DNA of 64,000 nucleotides. It comes from an uncultured Sphaerobacteraceae bacterium. Lineage in GTDB: Bacteria > Chloroflexota > Chloroflexia > Thermomicrobiales > UBA6265. Below are positions 54,857 to 62,671 of the stretch, piece by piece. The notes under the pieces were generated by a model. It saw only the letters and a program-made list of their open reading frames with translations. It ran no database searches and was not told the origin of the DNA. The position numbers were made by a program, and so were the translations under genes. Position 1 is the stretch's first letter. Every line of letters begins with the position of its first letter. The stretch lies in contig CAZSUN010000002.1 in NCBI GenBank assembly GCA_964610045.1, positions 40,925 to 104,924 on the forward strand. Reading direction: 5' to 3'.

Positions 54857-56368
54857 TCAATCGTCTGGCGATTCGTTTCCAGCATCATTCAACAGATCAG
54901 TGAGATTCTGCGCTCGGGCGTCGATTCCCCTGATGGTCTCATCCAGCCACGCAACTTCATCACGATGGGCGGCTTCGGCGATATCGAGCCAGGCTCGTGT
55001 CATCGCAGGCGCGGCTGACCCTGCTCCCTGTCGCCGTTCGAGATACCGGCGCGGCGCCAGGTAGCGACCGAGCGTCTCCATTTCGACCTTGATCTCCTGT
55101 CCGATCGTCAGGAGTGCCGCTGAATCGATCATGTCCTGCGTAATGCCGCTGACTTCGAGATTGCTGTCGCGCAGGCGGGCAAGCACCAGGCTTGTGATTT
55201 CGAGCGCGGCTGTCGGCGCAATCCCCTCCTCCGCCATCAGGAAATAGGCGAGATCGCCGCCGGTGACCATGCCCCGCCCCGCCCGATTCCCGAGATAGGC
55301 TCGGTTGACGATCAAACCTTCGCGGAAGAAAGACGTTGCCTCGTCAATCGCTGTCGTCACCTGCTGCTCGAAAGCGAGAGCCGCCTGGATACGCGCCATG
55401 CGGCGGTTCGCAATCGGTCCATAGCCGGCATTCCGGAGTTCCTGCCGCATGGCATCGAGCGAGCATTCCAGCCGGCCAAGCGTGGCGATGAGGTCATCGA
55501 GCCGTGACGGGATTTCGAGTGACGGTGTGGATGGTTCGGGACGCGACAACCATCGCTCGTCGACCAGGAAGCTGGTCGGATCGGTCCGGTGCCAGATCAG
55601 GAGTTCCTGGAGGAATCGCTGGACGATTGCGACGGCGCCGGCTGCCAGGTTCACGATCTCGACGGCGTCCTCGACCCCGGCGACAGCCTCGAACGTGGTG
55701 GGAACTGGACCCTGGAATCCAAGCCTGGTCGCCAGCGCGTCGCGGTCGGCATCGAGGGCGTTGCCCGCCAGCATGCCTGCGCCAAGCGGACAACGGTTCA
55801 GGCGCGGGAATGATTCCCGCAGCCGCGCTCGATGATCTCGCAATGGCTCGATGATGCCGGATAGATAGTGAGCCAGGGTAGACGGTTGAGCCAGCCGGCC
55901 ACCAGCGTAGACTGGCATCACGGTCACGGCATGGACTTTCGCCAGGTCGAGCAACTCCGGCATCAGCCCACGTAAGGCAAAGCCGACACCCAGTGCACCG
56001 TGGCGCCACGCCATGCGCTCCAGCGTCGCACCCCACTCTTCTCTCGCCAGGCCCAGCGTGGCAACGCCTCGGATTGGGCCCGGCAGGTTGCCGTCGACGT
56101 GCTGTTCCACAGACGCGAACACCATCGCGTCGACCAGGCCGATGCCACTGGAATCGGTCGTCGCAACTGCAAGTGACCTTGCGATCTGGCGGAAGGTACC
56201 ATCATCGATAACCTCCGCCTGTCGCAACTCCACCACATGTGCACCCAGAATCACGCAGGCCGCTGTCCACGGACTGAAATCTGACAGCAAATCTGGCAAC
56301 CAACTCCCCTCTTCGCGAGTTTCGCTCACGACCGAGAGGATGCGCCCACGCCGTCCATCATCTGCCAT
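54857..56368 (-). CDS. argininosuccinate lyase-fold protein with degenerate catalytic motifs (predicted non-lyase)
   Basis: Collinear by eye with ArgH: MPVYAGGRLAQPSTLAHYL vs MPGYTHLQRAQPVTFAHW, CPLGAGMLAGNALDADRDALATRLGF vs [26 protein letters not shown], and GGDLAYFLMAEEGIAP vs ATELADYLVAKGVPF. However, TGRSRND is LGLAREE, GYTH is VYAG, and the GSSxMPxKxNP loop is replaced by SRPEPSTPSLEIPSR. Confidence 0.65.
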   Translation of the reverse strand: MADDGRRGRILSVVSETREEGSWLPDLLSDFSPWTAACVILGAHVVELRQAEVIDDGTFRQIARSLAVATTDSSGIGLVDAMVFASVEQHVDGNLPGPIRGVATLGLAREEWGATLERMAWRHGALGVGFALRGLMPELLDLAKVHAVTVMPVYAGGRLAQPSTLAHYLSGIIEPLRDHRARLRESFPRLNRCPLGAGMLAGNALDADRDALATRLGFQGPVPTTFEAVAGVEDAVEIVNLAAGAVAIVQRFLQELLIWHRTDPTSFLVDERWLSRPEPSTPSLEIPSRLDDLIATLGRLECSLDAMRQELRNAGYGPIANRRMARIQAALAFEQQVTTAIDEATSFFREGLIVNRAYLGNRAGRGMVTGGDLAYFLMAEEGIAPTAALEITSLVLARLRDSNLEVSGITQDMIDSAALLTIGQEIKVEMETLGRYLAPRRYLERRQGAGSAAPAMTRAWLDIAEAAHRDEVAWLDETIRGIDARAQNLTDLLNDAGNESPDD

Positions 56369-56622
56369 TCGGTTACCAACCCTGTCACGCTATTCCTCGA
56401 ACGACACGCCACCCACCCAGGCATGCGCCACCCATGATGCCACCTCGGCGCATCGCGGTAGACGTGTACAGCCCGGGTCGTCCCCGCTCTGCCTCTCCCG
56501 GCGTCGGCCGTGGAACAGCGGCCGGATGACCAATGGATAGCCATTCGGGTTGGATTCAGACACCAACAAGCCCATGCTCGCAGCAGCCGGAACGGATAGG
56601 AGCACATCCGAGTTCCTCGCAT

Positions 56623-56664
56623 ATGCCAAGTGGCAACTGCTACCATGCGGTTGCCACTTGGCAT
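56623..56664 (+). repeat. perfect 15-bp inverted repeat in the BMP-operon leader
   Basis: ATGCCAAGTGGCAAC, 12 nt, GTTGCCACTTGGCAT. Lies 73 nt upstream of the ATG at 56737. Confidence 0.6.
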
Positions 56665-56684
56665 TCACGCACCACGGGTCTTTC

Positions 56685-56723
56685 GTAACGCGGCACCGTG
56701 TGGGTCGCGTTACTTTCATGTTT
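56685..56723 (+). terminator. terminator/attenuator-like hairpin in the BMP-operon leader
   Basis: GTAACGCG, 13 nt, CGCGTTAC followed by TTTCATGTTT. Ends 14 nt before the start codon. Confidence 0.4.
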
Positions 56724-56736
56724 GGGGGCAGGGCAC

Positions 56737-57801
56737 ATGGCAGGTCTCACCCGGTTCGATTCGACGATCAACCGCCGCCGGTTGATTGCGGCCTCCGGCG
56801 GCGCAATGCTTGGCGCCACCGTCCTGGGTTCGGTTTCCCGGGTGGCCGCGCAAGACACCATCACGGCGACATTGGTCACCGACACCGCCGGCATCGGCGA
56901 TCAGAACTTCAACGACCTCGCGAATGCCGGGGGCCAGCGGGCCGCCGACGAGCTTGGGATCGAATGGAAAGTCCTGGAAAGCCAGACCCAGGCCGACTAC
57001 GTCTCGAACCTGACCCTCGCGTCCGAGCAGGGTCAGATCGCCGTTCCGAACGGGTTCCTCCTGGCGGACGCGGTGGCGGAGGTGGCGCCGCAGTTCCCGG
57101 ACAACTACTTCGTTTTCATCGACTCGGTTGCCGAAGCCGACAACGTCCTCAACTACCTGTTCAAGGAGAACGAGGGCGCCTTCCTCGCCGGCATCCTTGC
57201 CGGCCTCGCCACCGCGTCGGGTCAGGTCGGCATGGTCGGAGGCATTCGTGTGCCGCCGGTCATGCGGTATGAAGTTGGATTCGCTGCCGGGCTAATGACC
57301 AGTAACCCGGATGCGACATTCACCGCGTCGTACGCTGACGACTTCGAGGATCCCGCACTGGGCAAGGAATTGACCCTGGCCCTGTTCGACGCCGGTTCCG
57401 ACATCGTCCTCTCTGCCGCTGGCCGGACCGGAACCGGATGTTTCGACGCCGTCAATGAGCGTGGCTCCGGCTGGATCGTGGCTGCGGATACCGATCAGTC
57501 GCACCTTGGTCCCGACTTCCAGCTCTGCTATGTCAAAAAAGGCGTCGATGAGGCCGTCTATCAGGGCATCGAGCACGTCGTGAACGGAGACTTCGTCGGC
57601 GGCACCCAGAATCTCGGGCTGGTAGAGGGCGGCATGGACCTGCTCGCGATCCACGCCACAGTGGATCCGTCCTTTGCCGATGTTGTCGCGACCTACAAGC
57701 AGGCGATCATCGACGGCACGATCGTGGTGCCGGCCGACGATGACCAACTTGCGGCGTTCGAGCCAGTGGTCCTCGGCGGCTCCGCCACGCCTGAGGCCTA
57801 G
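56737..57801 (+). CDS. BMP-family (PnrA/Med-like) ABC transporter substrate-binding protein with Tat-type signal
   Basis: MAGLTRFDSTINRRRLIAASGGAMLGATVLGSVSRVAAQD signal and the DTAGIGDQNFNDLA block typical of BMP lipoprotein/nucleoside-binding proteins. Confidence 0.8.
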   Translation: MAGLTRFDSTINRRRLIAASGGAMLGATVLGSVSRVAAQDTITATLVTDTAGIGDQNFNDLANAGGQRAADELGIEWKVLESQTQADYVSNLTLASEQGQIAVPNGFLLADAVAEVAPQFPDNYFVFIDSVAEADNVLNYLFKENEGAFLAGILAGLATASGQVGMVGGIRVPPVMRYEVGFAAGLMTSNPDATFTASYADDFEDPALGKELTLALFDAGSDIVLSAAGRTGTGCFDAVNERGSGWIVAADTDQSHLGPDFQLCYVKKGVDEAVYQGIEHVVNGDFVGGTQNLGLVEGGMDLLAIHATVDPSFADVVATYKQAIIDGTIVVPADDDQLAAFEPVVLGGSATPEA

Positions 57802-57823
57802 CCCGTCAGATCGTCCCGCACTG

Positions 57824-57859
57824 GGTGGATCGAGGGCACATGCGTTCCCTCGATCCACC
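57824..57859 (+). promoter_or_regulatory. intercistronic stem-loop after the BMP binding-protein gene
   Basis: Perfect 13-bp arms GGTGGATCGAGGG / CCCTCGATCCACC with a 10-nt loop. Immediately followed by GGAGG and the ATG at 57875. Confidence 0.5.
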
Positions 57860-57874
57860 GGAGGCACTGGCAGG

Positions 57875-59455
57875 ATGCCCGACGTGGACCAGTACAGCGA
57901 GGTGACGGCACCCGCGGTTGTCTTGCGGGAGGTCGTCAAGCAGTTCCCCGGCGTCATCGCCAATGACGGTGTGAATCTCAACGTTCGCCGCGGTGAAATA
58001 CACGCCCTCCTTGGCGAGAACGGCGCGGGAAAATCGACCTTGATGAACCTGCTGTTCGGCCTGTACCGGCCCGATGCGGGCGAGATCGAGATCTTCGGCA
58101 ACACGGTCCACTTTCACAGCTCTCGCGATGCCGTGCAGGCTGGCCTCGGCATGGTGCATCAGCACTTCATGCTGATTCCCAGGTTCACCGTGGCGGAAAA
58201 CGTGATCCTCGGCAACGAGGGGCCGGATGTCGTCCTCGATCGTGATGCAGCCGAGCGCCGGGTGGCCGAACTCGCCCTGTCCTACGGGCTCAATGTCGAT
58301 CCGAAGGCGCGTCTCGGCGATTTGCCCGTTGGTGTGCAACAGAGGGTAGAAATCCTGCGGGCTCTCTACCAGGGTAGCCGGATCCTGATCCTCGACGAAC
58401 CAACCGCCCTGCTCACGCCGCAGGAGGTCGAAGACCTCTACGTCGTCCTGCGACGCCTGAAGGCCGATGGGACGACGATCATTTTCATTACCCACAAACT
58501 GCGTGAAGTCAAAACCGTCAGCGACCGGGTCACCGTGATCAGGCGCGGCAAGACCATCGGCACCCGGATCACCAGCGAGACGACGCCGCAGGAACTGGCG
58601 GAACTGATGGTTGGGCGCGCGGTGCTGCTGCGTGTCGATCGCCCGCCCGCAACGCCGGGCGAGACCATCCTGGCGGGAACGGGGCTCGAGTGTCGTGGAT
58701 CGCATGGTGCGACCACACTCGATATCGAGTCGATCGCCTTGCGTAGGGGTGAGATTCTTGGCGTATGCGGTGTCGAAGGCAACGGCCAGTCCGAGTTGGT
58801 CGATGTGCTCTCCGGGATGCGGACGCCCGATGCCGGCACGGTCGAAGTGAATGGGACTGATGTCACCGGCCGCAACACGACCGGATTCCGGCGCGCGGGT
58901 GTCTCCTATATTCCCGAAGACCGTCACGGACGCGGCCTGGTGCTGGACTTCCCTCTTTGGGAGAACGTGTTGCTCGGCAATACCGAACGTAAGGGATTCG
59001 CAACCTGGGGTTTCCTGAATGGGCGCTGGATTCGTTCCGCGACATCACGGCTCATGCGGGATTTCGATGTCCGGGCGCCGTCGGCAACGACACCAGCCCG
59101 CTCCCTTTCTGGCGGCAACCAGCAGAAACTGATCATCGCCCGCGAACTCCACCGGAACCCGGATATCGTGCTCGCCATCCAACCCACGCGCGGTCTCGAT
59201 GTCGGCGCCATCGAATTCGTCCACCGCAGCCTGGTGGAAGCGCGCGATCAGGGGAAGGCGATTCTCCTGCTCTCGTTCGACCTCGATGAGGTGATGGATT
59301 TGAGCGACCGGATCGTGGTGTTGTGGGAAGGCAGGATCGCTGGCGAATTTGACGGCGCCAAAGCATCCCGCAGCGAACTCGGGCTCCTCATGGGTGGCCG
59401 AAGTTCGGATTTGGAACCAGGGGCGCAGGCGGTTCCAGTGGCGGGATTGGAATGA
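57875..59455 (+). CDS. ABC transporter ATP-binding protein, duplicated ATPase (nucleoside/simple-sugar type)
   Basis: Two ABC cassettes ([12 protein letters not shown]...LILDEPTA, and a second with [15 protein letters not shown]...). Start trimmed to the ATG at 57875, which has GGAGG upstream. Confidence 0.85.
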   Translation: MPDVDQYSEVTAPAVVLREVVKQFPGVIANDGVNLNVRRGEIHALLGENGAGKSTLMNLLFGLYRPDAGEIEIFGNTVHFHSSRDAVQAGLGMVHQHFMLIPRFTVAENVILGNEGPDVVLDRDAAERRVAELALSYGLNVDPKARLGDLPVGVQQRVEILRALYQGSRILILDEPTALLTPQEVEDLYVVLRRLKADGTTIIFITHKLREVKTVSDRVTVIRRGKTIGTRITSETTPQELAELMVGRAVLLRVDRPPATPGETILAGTGLECRGSHGATTLDIESIALRRGEILGVCGVEGNGQSELVDVLSGMRTPDAGTVEVNGTDVTGRNTTGFRRAGVSYIPEDRHGRGLVLDFPLWENVLLGNTERKGFATWGFLNGRWIRSATSRLMRDFDVRAPSATTPARSLSGGNQQKLIIARELHRNPDIVLAIQPTRGLDVGAIEFVHRSLVEARDQGKAILLLSFDLDEVMDLSDRIVVLWEGRIAGEFDGAKASRSELGLLMGGRSSDLEPGAQAVPVAGLE

Positions 59456-60585
59456 CGAGCCGCGGAGGCAACGCCATCGTCAGCATCCTCGGCTCCGTCC
59501 TGGCCGTGGTTGTTGCACTGCTGGTTGGCGCCATGGTCATTCGAGTCTCCGGCCACGACCCGTGGGAAGCCTACCGGGCACTGTTCGAAGGCGCCTTCGG
59601 CACCCGACGCAGCCGTGCGGAAACCCTGGTCTACAGTGCTCCACTGTTGCTCGGAGGTCTCGCCTTCGCCGTGGCTGCCCGCGGCGGCATGTTCAACATC
59701 GGGATCGAAGGCCAACTGGTCATCGGCGGCTTCTTCGCAGCCATGATCGGCGCCACCGATCTCGGGCTACCGGGCCCGCTTCACATGGCGGTCGCGATCG
59801 TGGCGGCATTCCTTGCCGGTGGCATTTGGGGATTCATCCCTGGCGTCCTGAAAGCGACGACCGGCGCCCACGAAGTCATCACCACCATCATGCTGAACTA
59901 CCTCGCCTTCCGGCTTATCACCTACCTGATCCAAAAGCACTCCGACTGGCTGCCGGTCGATCCCCAGGTTCAGGGGACCGAAAAGGTACTTCCAGATGCC
60001 CGTCTGCCAATCCTGCTGGAAGGAACCAGGTTGCATTTGGGTGTCGCAATCGCCTTGATCGCGGCGTTCGTCGTCTGGATCGTCCTCTTCACCACCACAT
60101 TCGGCTACAAACTGCGGACGGTCGGGCTGTCGCAGGGTGCATCCCGGTATGGCGGCATCCGCTGGGGACTTACCCTCGCCCTCGCGATGGCGATTTCGGG
60201 CGGGCTCGCCGGGCTCGCTGGCGCTGGTGAATCGCTGGGTCTTCACGGCCGGCACAGCGCCTCTCCCCCTGGCCTCGGATTCACGGCCATCGCCGTTGGT
60301 CTCGTCGGAAGAAACCACCCGATCGGCGTGATCTTCTCGGCCTTGCTGTTCGGCGTGTTGAGTGCCGGCGCACCATCGATGCAGGCCAACGCTGGCGTCA
60401 GCAAGGAAATCGTGCTGGTCTTGCAGGGACTGGTGATCCTGGCGGTGGCAGCCTTCGAAGCGGTCAATCGGATGCCGTTCGTGCGGAAGCTGATTACCCC
60501 GGCCCGGCCCGGCCAGGGAGACCGTTCGAGCGAGATCGGCATGTCACCGGAGATAGAAACCCGCCCAAGTCCACCGGCTCTCTAG
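59452..60585 (+). CDS. ABC transporter permease (BMP/nucleoside-type)
   Basis: 377-aa polytopic ORF. Its start overlaps the ATPase stop by 4 nt. Blocks typical of the RbsC/BPD_transp_2 family (FNIGIEGQLVIGGF). Confidence 0.8.
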   Translation: MTSRGGNAIVSILGSVLAVVVALLVGAMVIRVSGHDPWEAYRALFEGAFGTRRSRAETLVYSAPLLLGGLAFAVAARGGMFNIGIEGQLVIGGFFAAMIGATDLGLPGPLHMAVAIVAAFLAGGIWGFIPGVLKATTGAHEVITTIMLNYLAFRLITYLIQKHSDWLPVDPQVQGTEKVLPDARLPILLEGTRLHLGVAIALIAAFVVWIVLFTTTFGYKLRTVGLSQGASRYGGIRWGLTLALAMAISGGLAGLAGAGESLGLHGRHSASPPGLGFTAIAVGLVGRNHPIGVIFSALLFGVLSAGAPSMQANAGVSKEIVLVLQGLVILAVAAFEAVNRMPFVRKLITPARPGQGDRSSEIGMSPEIETRPSPPAL

Positions 60586-60605
60586 CCGTTCACCCGGGAG
60601 TTATC

Positions 60606-61490
60606 GTGAGCGATTTCTTTACTTTCGCACTCCTCACCGCCACCCTCAGGACGGCCGCTCCCCTCATCTTTGCCGCGATGGGCGGGCTCATCTCCGAGCG
60701 GGCCGGGGTGATGAACATCGCGCTCGAAGGGCTCATGCTTACCGGGGCATTCTTTGCGGTCGCGGGTACCCACTGGACGGGCTCACCGTGGGTAGGTCTC
60801 CTGATCGGAGTAGCGGCGGCGTCAGTCGGAGGCCTGATCCACGCCATATGGTGCGTCAGTCTCCGTGGCAATCAGATCGTGGCTGGAACGGCCATTAATC
60901 TGATTGCAGCCGGGATCACCGCCTTCCTGGTGCAGATGATCTGGGGTAAGGCAGGCGGCTCCGACCCGGTAGAGCGTCTACCGAGCGTTTTCGGTGGAGT
61001 CAATGTACTGGTTATCGTCGCCCTGGTGACCGTGCCACTCGTGCACGTCTTCCTGTTCCGGACGAAACTCGGCCTGCACATGATGGCAGGCGGCGAGCAC
61101 CCGCAGGCAGCCGAAAGCGTCGGCATCAACGTCACCCGCAACCGGTATGCGGCGGTAATTGCCAGCGGAGCCCTGGCAGGACTCGGCGGGGCGTTCCTGT
61201 CTATCGGCAACCTCTCCTATTTCACCCTCGACATGACGGCTGGCCGGGGATTCATAGCCCTGGCGGCTGTCATTTTCGGGGGTTGGACTCCTTTTGGCGC
61301 ATTTGGCGCGGCATTGCTCTTTGGAGCAGCAGAAGCCGTGCAGATTCGCGCGCAGGCCACGCCGGGCTTCCCGATTTCGACGGATCTCCTGGTGGCGCTC
61401 CCGTACTTGCTGACCCTGATCGCCGTGACCGGTCTTGTTCGCAGCTCGGAACCGCCCGCCGGTCTCGGCAAGCATGCCAACGCTCACTGA
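60606..61490 (+). CDS. ABC transporter permease (BMP/nucleoside-type)
   Basis: 294-aa polytopic ORF with MNIALEGLMLTGAF block. Second permease of the operon. Confidence 0.8.
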   Translation: MSDFFTFALLTATLRTAAPLIFAAMGGLISERAGVMNIALEGLMLTGAFFAVAGTHWTGSPWVGLLIGVAAASVGGLIHAIWCVSLRGNQIVAGTAINLIAAGITAFLVQMIWGKAGGSDPVERLPSVFGGVNVLVIVALVTVPLVHVFLFRTKLGLHMMAGGEHPQAAESVGINVTRNRYAAVIASGALAGLGGAFLSIGNLSYFTLDMTAGRGFIALAAVIFGGWTPFGAFGAALLFGAAEAVQIRAQATPGFPISTDLLVALPYLLTLIAVTGLVRSSEPPAGLGKHANAH

Positions 61491-61766
61491 GGCGCAAGAC
61501 CTACCACGAGCCACCCGACGCAGGCGTTCCCTGGTTTGGACCCTCCGCTGTTGACGGTGCGATGCTGTGTCCTGAAAAACATAACCACATGCATCAGCCA
61601 TTGTGGCCGGATTTGACCTACTATGAAGCCAGCATGTGCCAACCGGCGTCTGATCTTCTGGGTGGCATTCGGCCGTCCCGCGTTCAAGCTGGGGACGCAG
61701 CGGCCAGGCTGAGGCACGCCACGGGTCTGTGACCGGAACCTGTTTCCGGATGGGAGTGAGGAAACG

Positions 61767-62516
61767 ATGTCCGATGTCATTCGAGTGGTTGTGATCGAGC
61801 GCGAGCCATTGTTCCGGCGGGGTCTCGTGTCCGTCATCGATGCGTTCGACGATTTGGCCGTGGCCGGATCTGCGGATGCCGCCGAAGACGGGTACACGCT
61901 GCTCGACCGGGCAGAGCCGCAAGTCGCAATCGTCGGCACGACCTTGACCGACGCCCCCGGACTCGAGTTCGCCGCTGAGGTGCGACGGCGGTACCCGGCT
62001 GTGGCCACAATCGTCATCGCCGCCTCCGAGAGTGATGACGAGTTGTTCTCCGCGATCCGTGCCGGTGCCGCTGCCTACTCCGGACGAGAGGTCAGCGAAG
62101 AGCACCTGTCCGAGTTGATACACCGCGCCGCCATTGGTGAATACGTGATCAACGAGCAACTCCTGACCAAACCGTACGTCGCGGCGCGCGTGCTCGATCA
62201 ATTCCGCAACAATGTCGTGTCCGACGCCGCACTCAGCAACGCCTTCATGCCGCTCACGGACCGTGAACTCGAAATCCTGCGCAAGGTCAGCGATGGTATG
62301 ACCAACGCCGAGATCGGCTACGCTCTTGGAATCAGCGCGCAGACCGTCAAGAATCACGTCACCTCCATTCTGCGGAAACTGGCCGTCAACGACCGGACAC
62401 AGGCTGTGGTGACTGCCCTCCGCCGAGGCTGGCTCACGATCGAGACGGACGCTGACGCAGCGGCCAGCGCTGGAGTGACTGCAACCCCAACCAGTCGGCT
62501 GGGATCGACCCGCTGA
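61767..62516 (+). CDS. LuxR/NarL-family DNA-binding regulator with aspartate-less (atypical) receiver domain
   Basis: C-terminal HTH LTDRELEILRKVSDGMTNAEIGYALGISAQTVKNHVTSILRKL. N-terminal receiver-like fold, but NarL LLIDDHP is VVIEREP here and LILLDLNMPG is VAIVGTTLTD. GGGAGTGAGGA Shine-Dalgarno upstream. Confidence 0.75.
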   Translation: MSDVIRVVVIEREPLFRRGLVSVIDAFDDLAVAGSADAAEDGYTLLDRAEPQVAIVGTTLTDAPGLEFAAEVRRRYPAVATIVIAASESDDELFSAIRAGAAAYSGREVSEEHLSELIHRAAIGEYVINEQLLTKPYVAARVLDQFRNNVVSDAALSNAFMPLTDRELEILRKVSDGMTNAEIGYALGISAQTVKNHVTSILRKLAVNDRTQAVVTALRRGWLTIETDADAAASAGVTATPTSRLGSTR

Positions 62517-62524
62517 TGACCCAA

Positions 62525-62570
62525 CCGGTCAACCATGCATCGCATTGGGTGCAGCACCAACGTTGACCGG
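62525..62570 (+). promoter_or_regulatory. 9-bp inverted repeat between the regulator and the CoxL-like gene
   Basis: CCGGTCAAC, 28 nt, GTTGACCGG. Starts 9 nt after the regulator stop and lies about 100 nt upstream of the ATG at 62672. Could be a terminator or an operator. Confidence 0.3.
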
Positions 62571-62671
62571 CCACACCACACCGCAGACAATACCCTCATC
62601 AGCCGATTTCTCGACCGGGGATTCCGCCCGGTTCGTTCCTGCATGCACAGCTGGAATGGGAGCCTGACGCC

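Noticed and set aside
60978-62357. 459-aa minus-strand ORF spanning the last permease, the intergenic region and most of the LuxR gene.
   Set aside because: It crosses a clear intergenic region with a Shine-Dalgarno/ATG on the other strand and has shadow-ORF composition. Both + strand genes are well supported.
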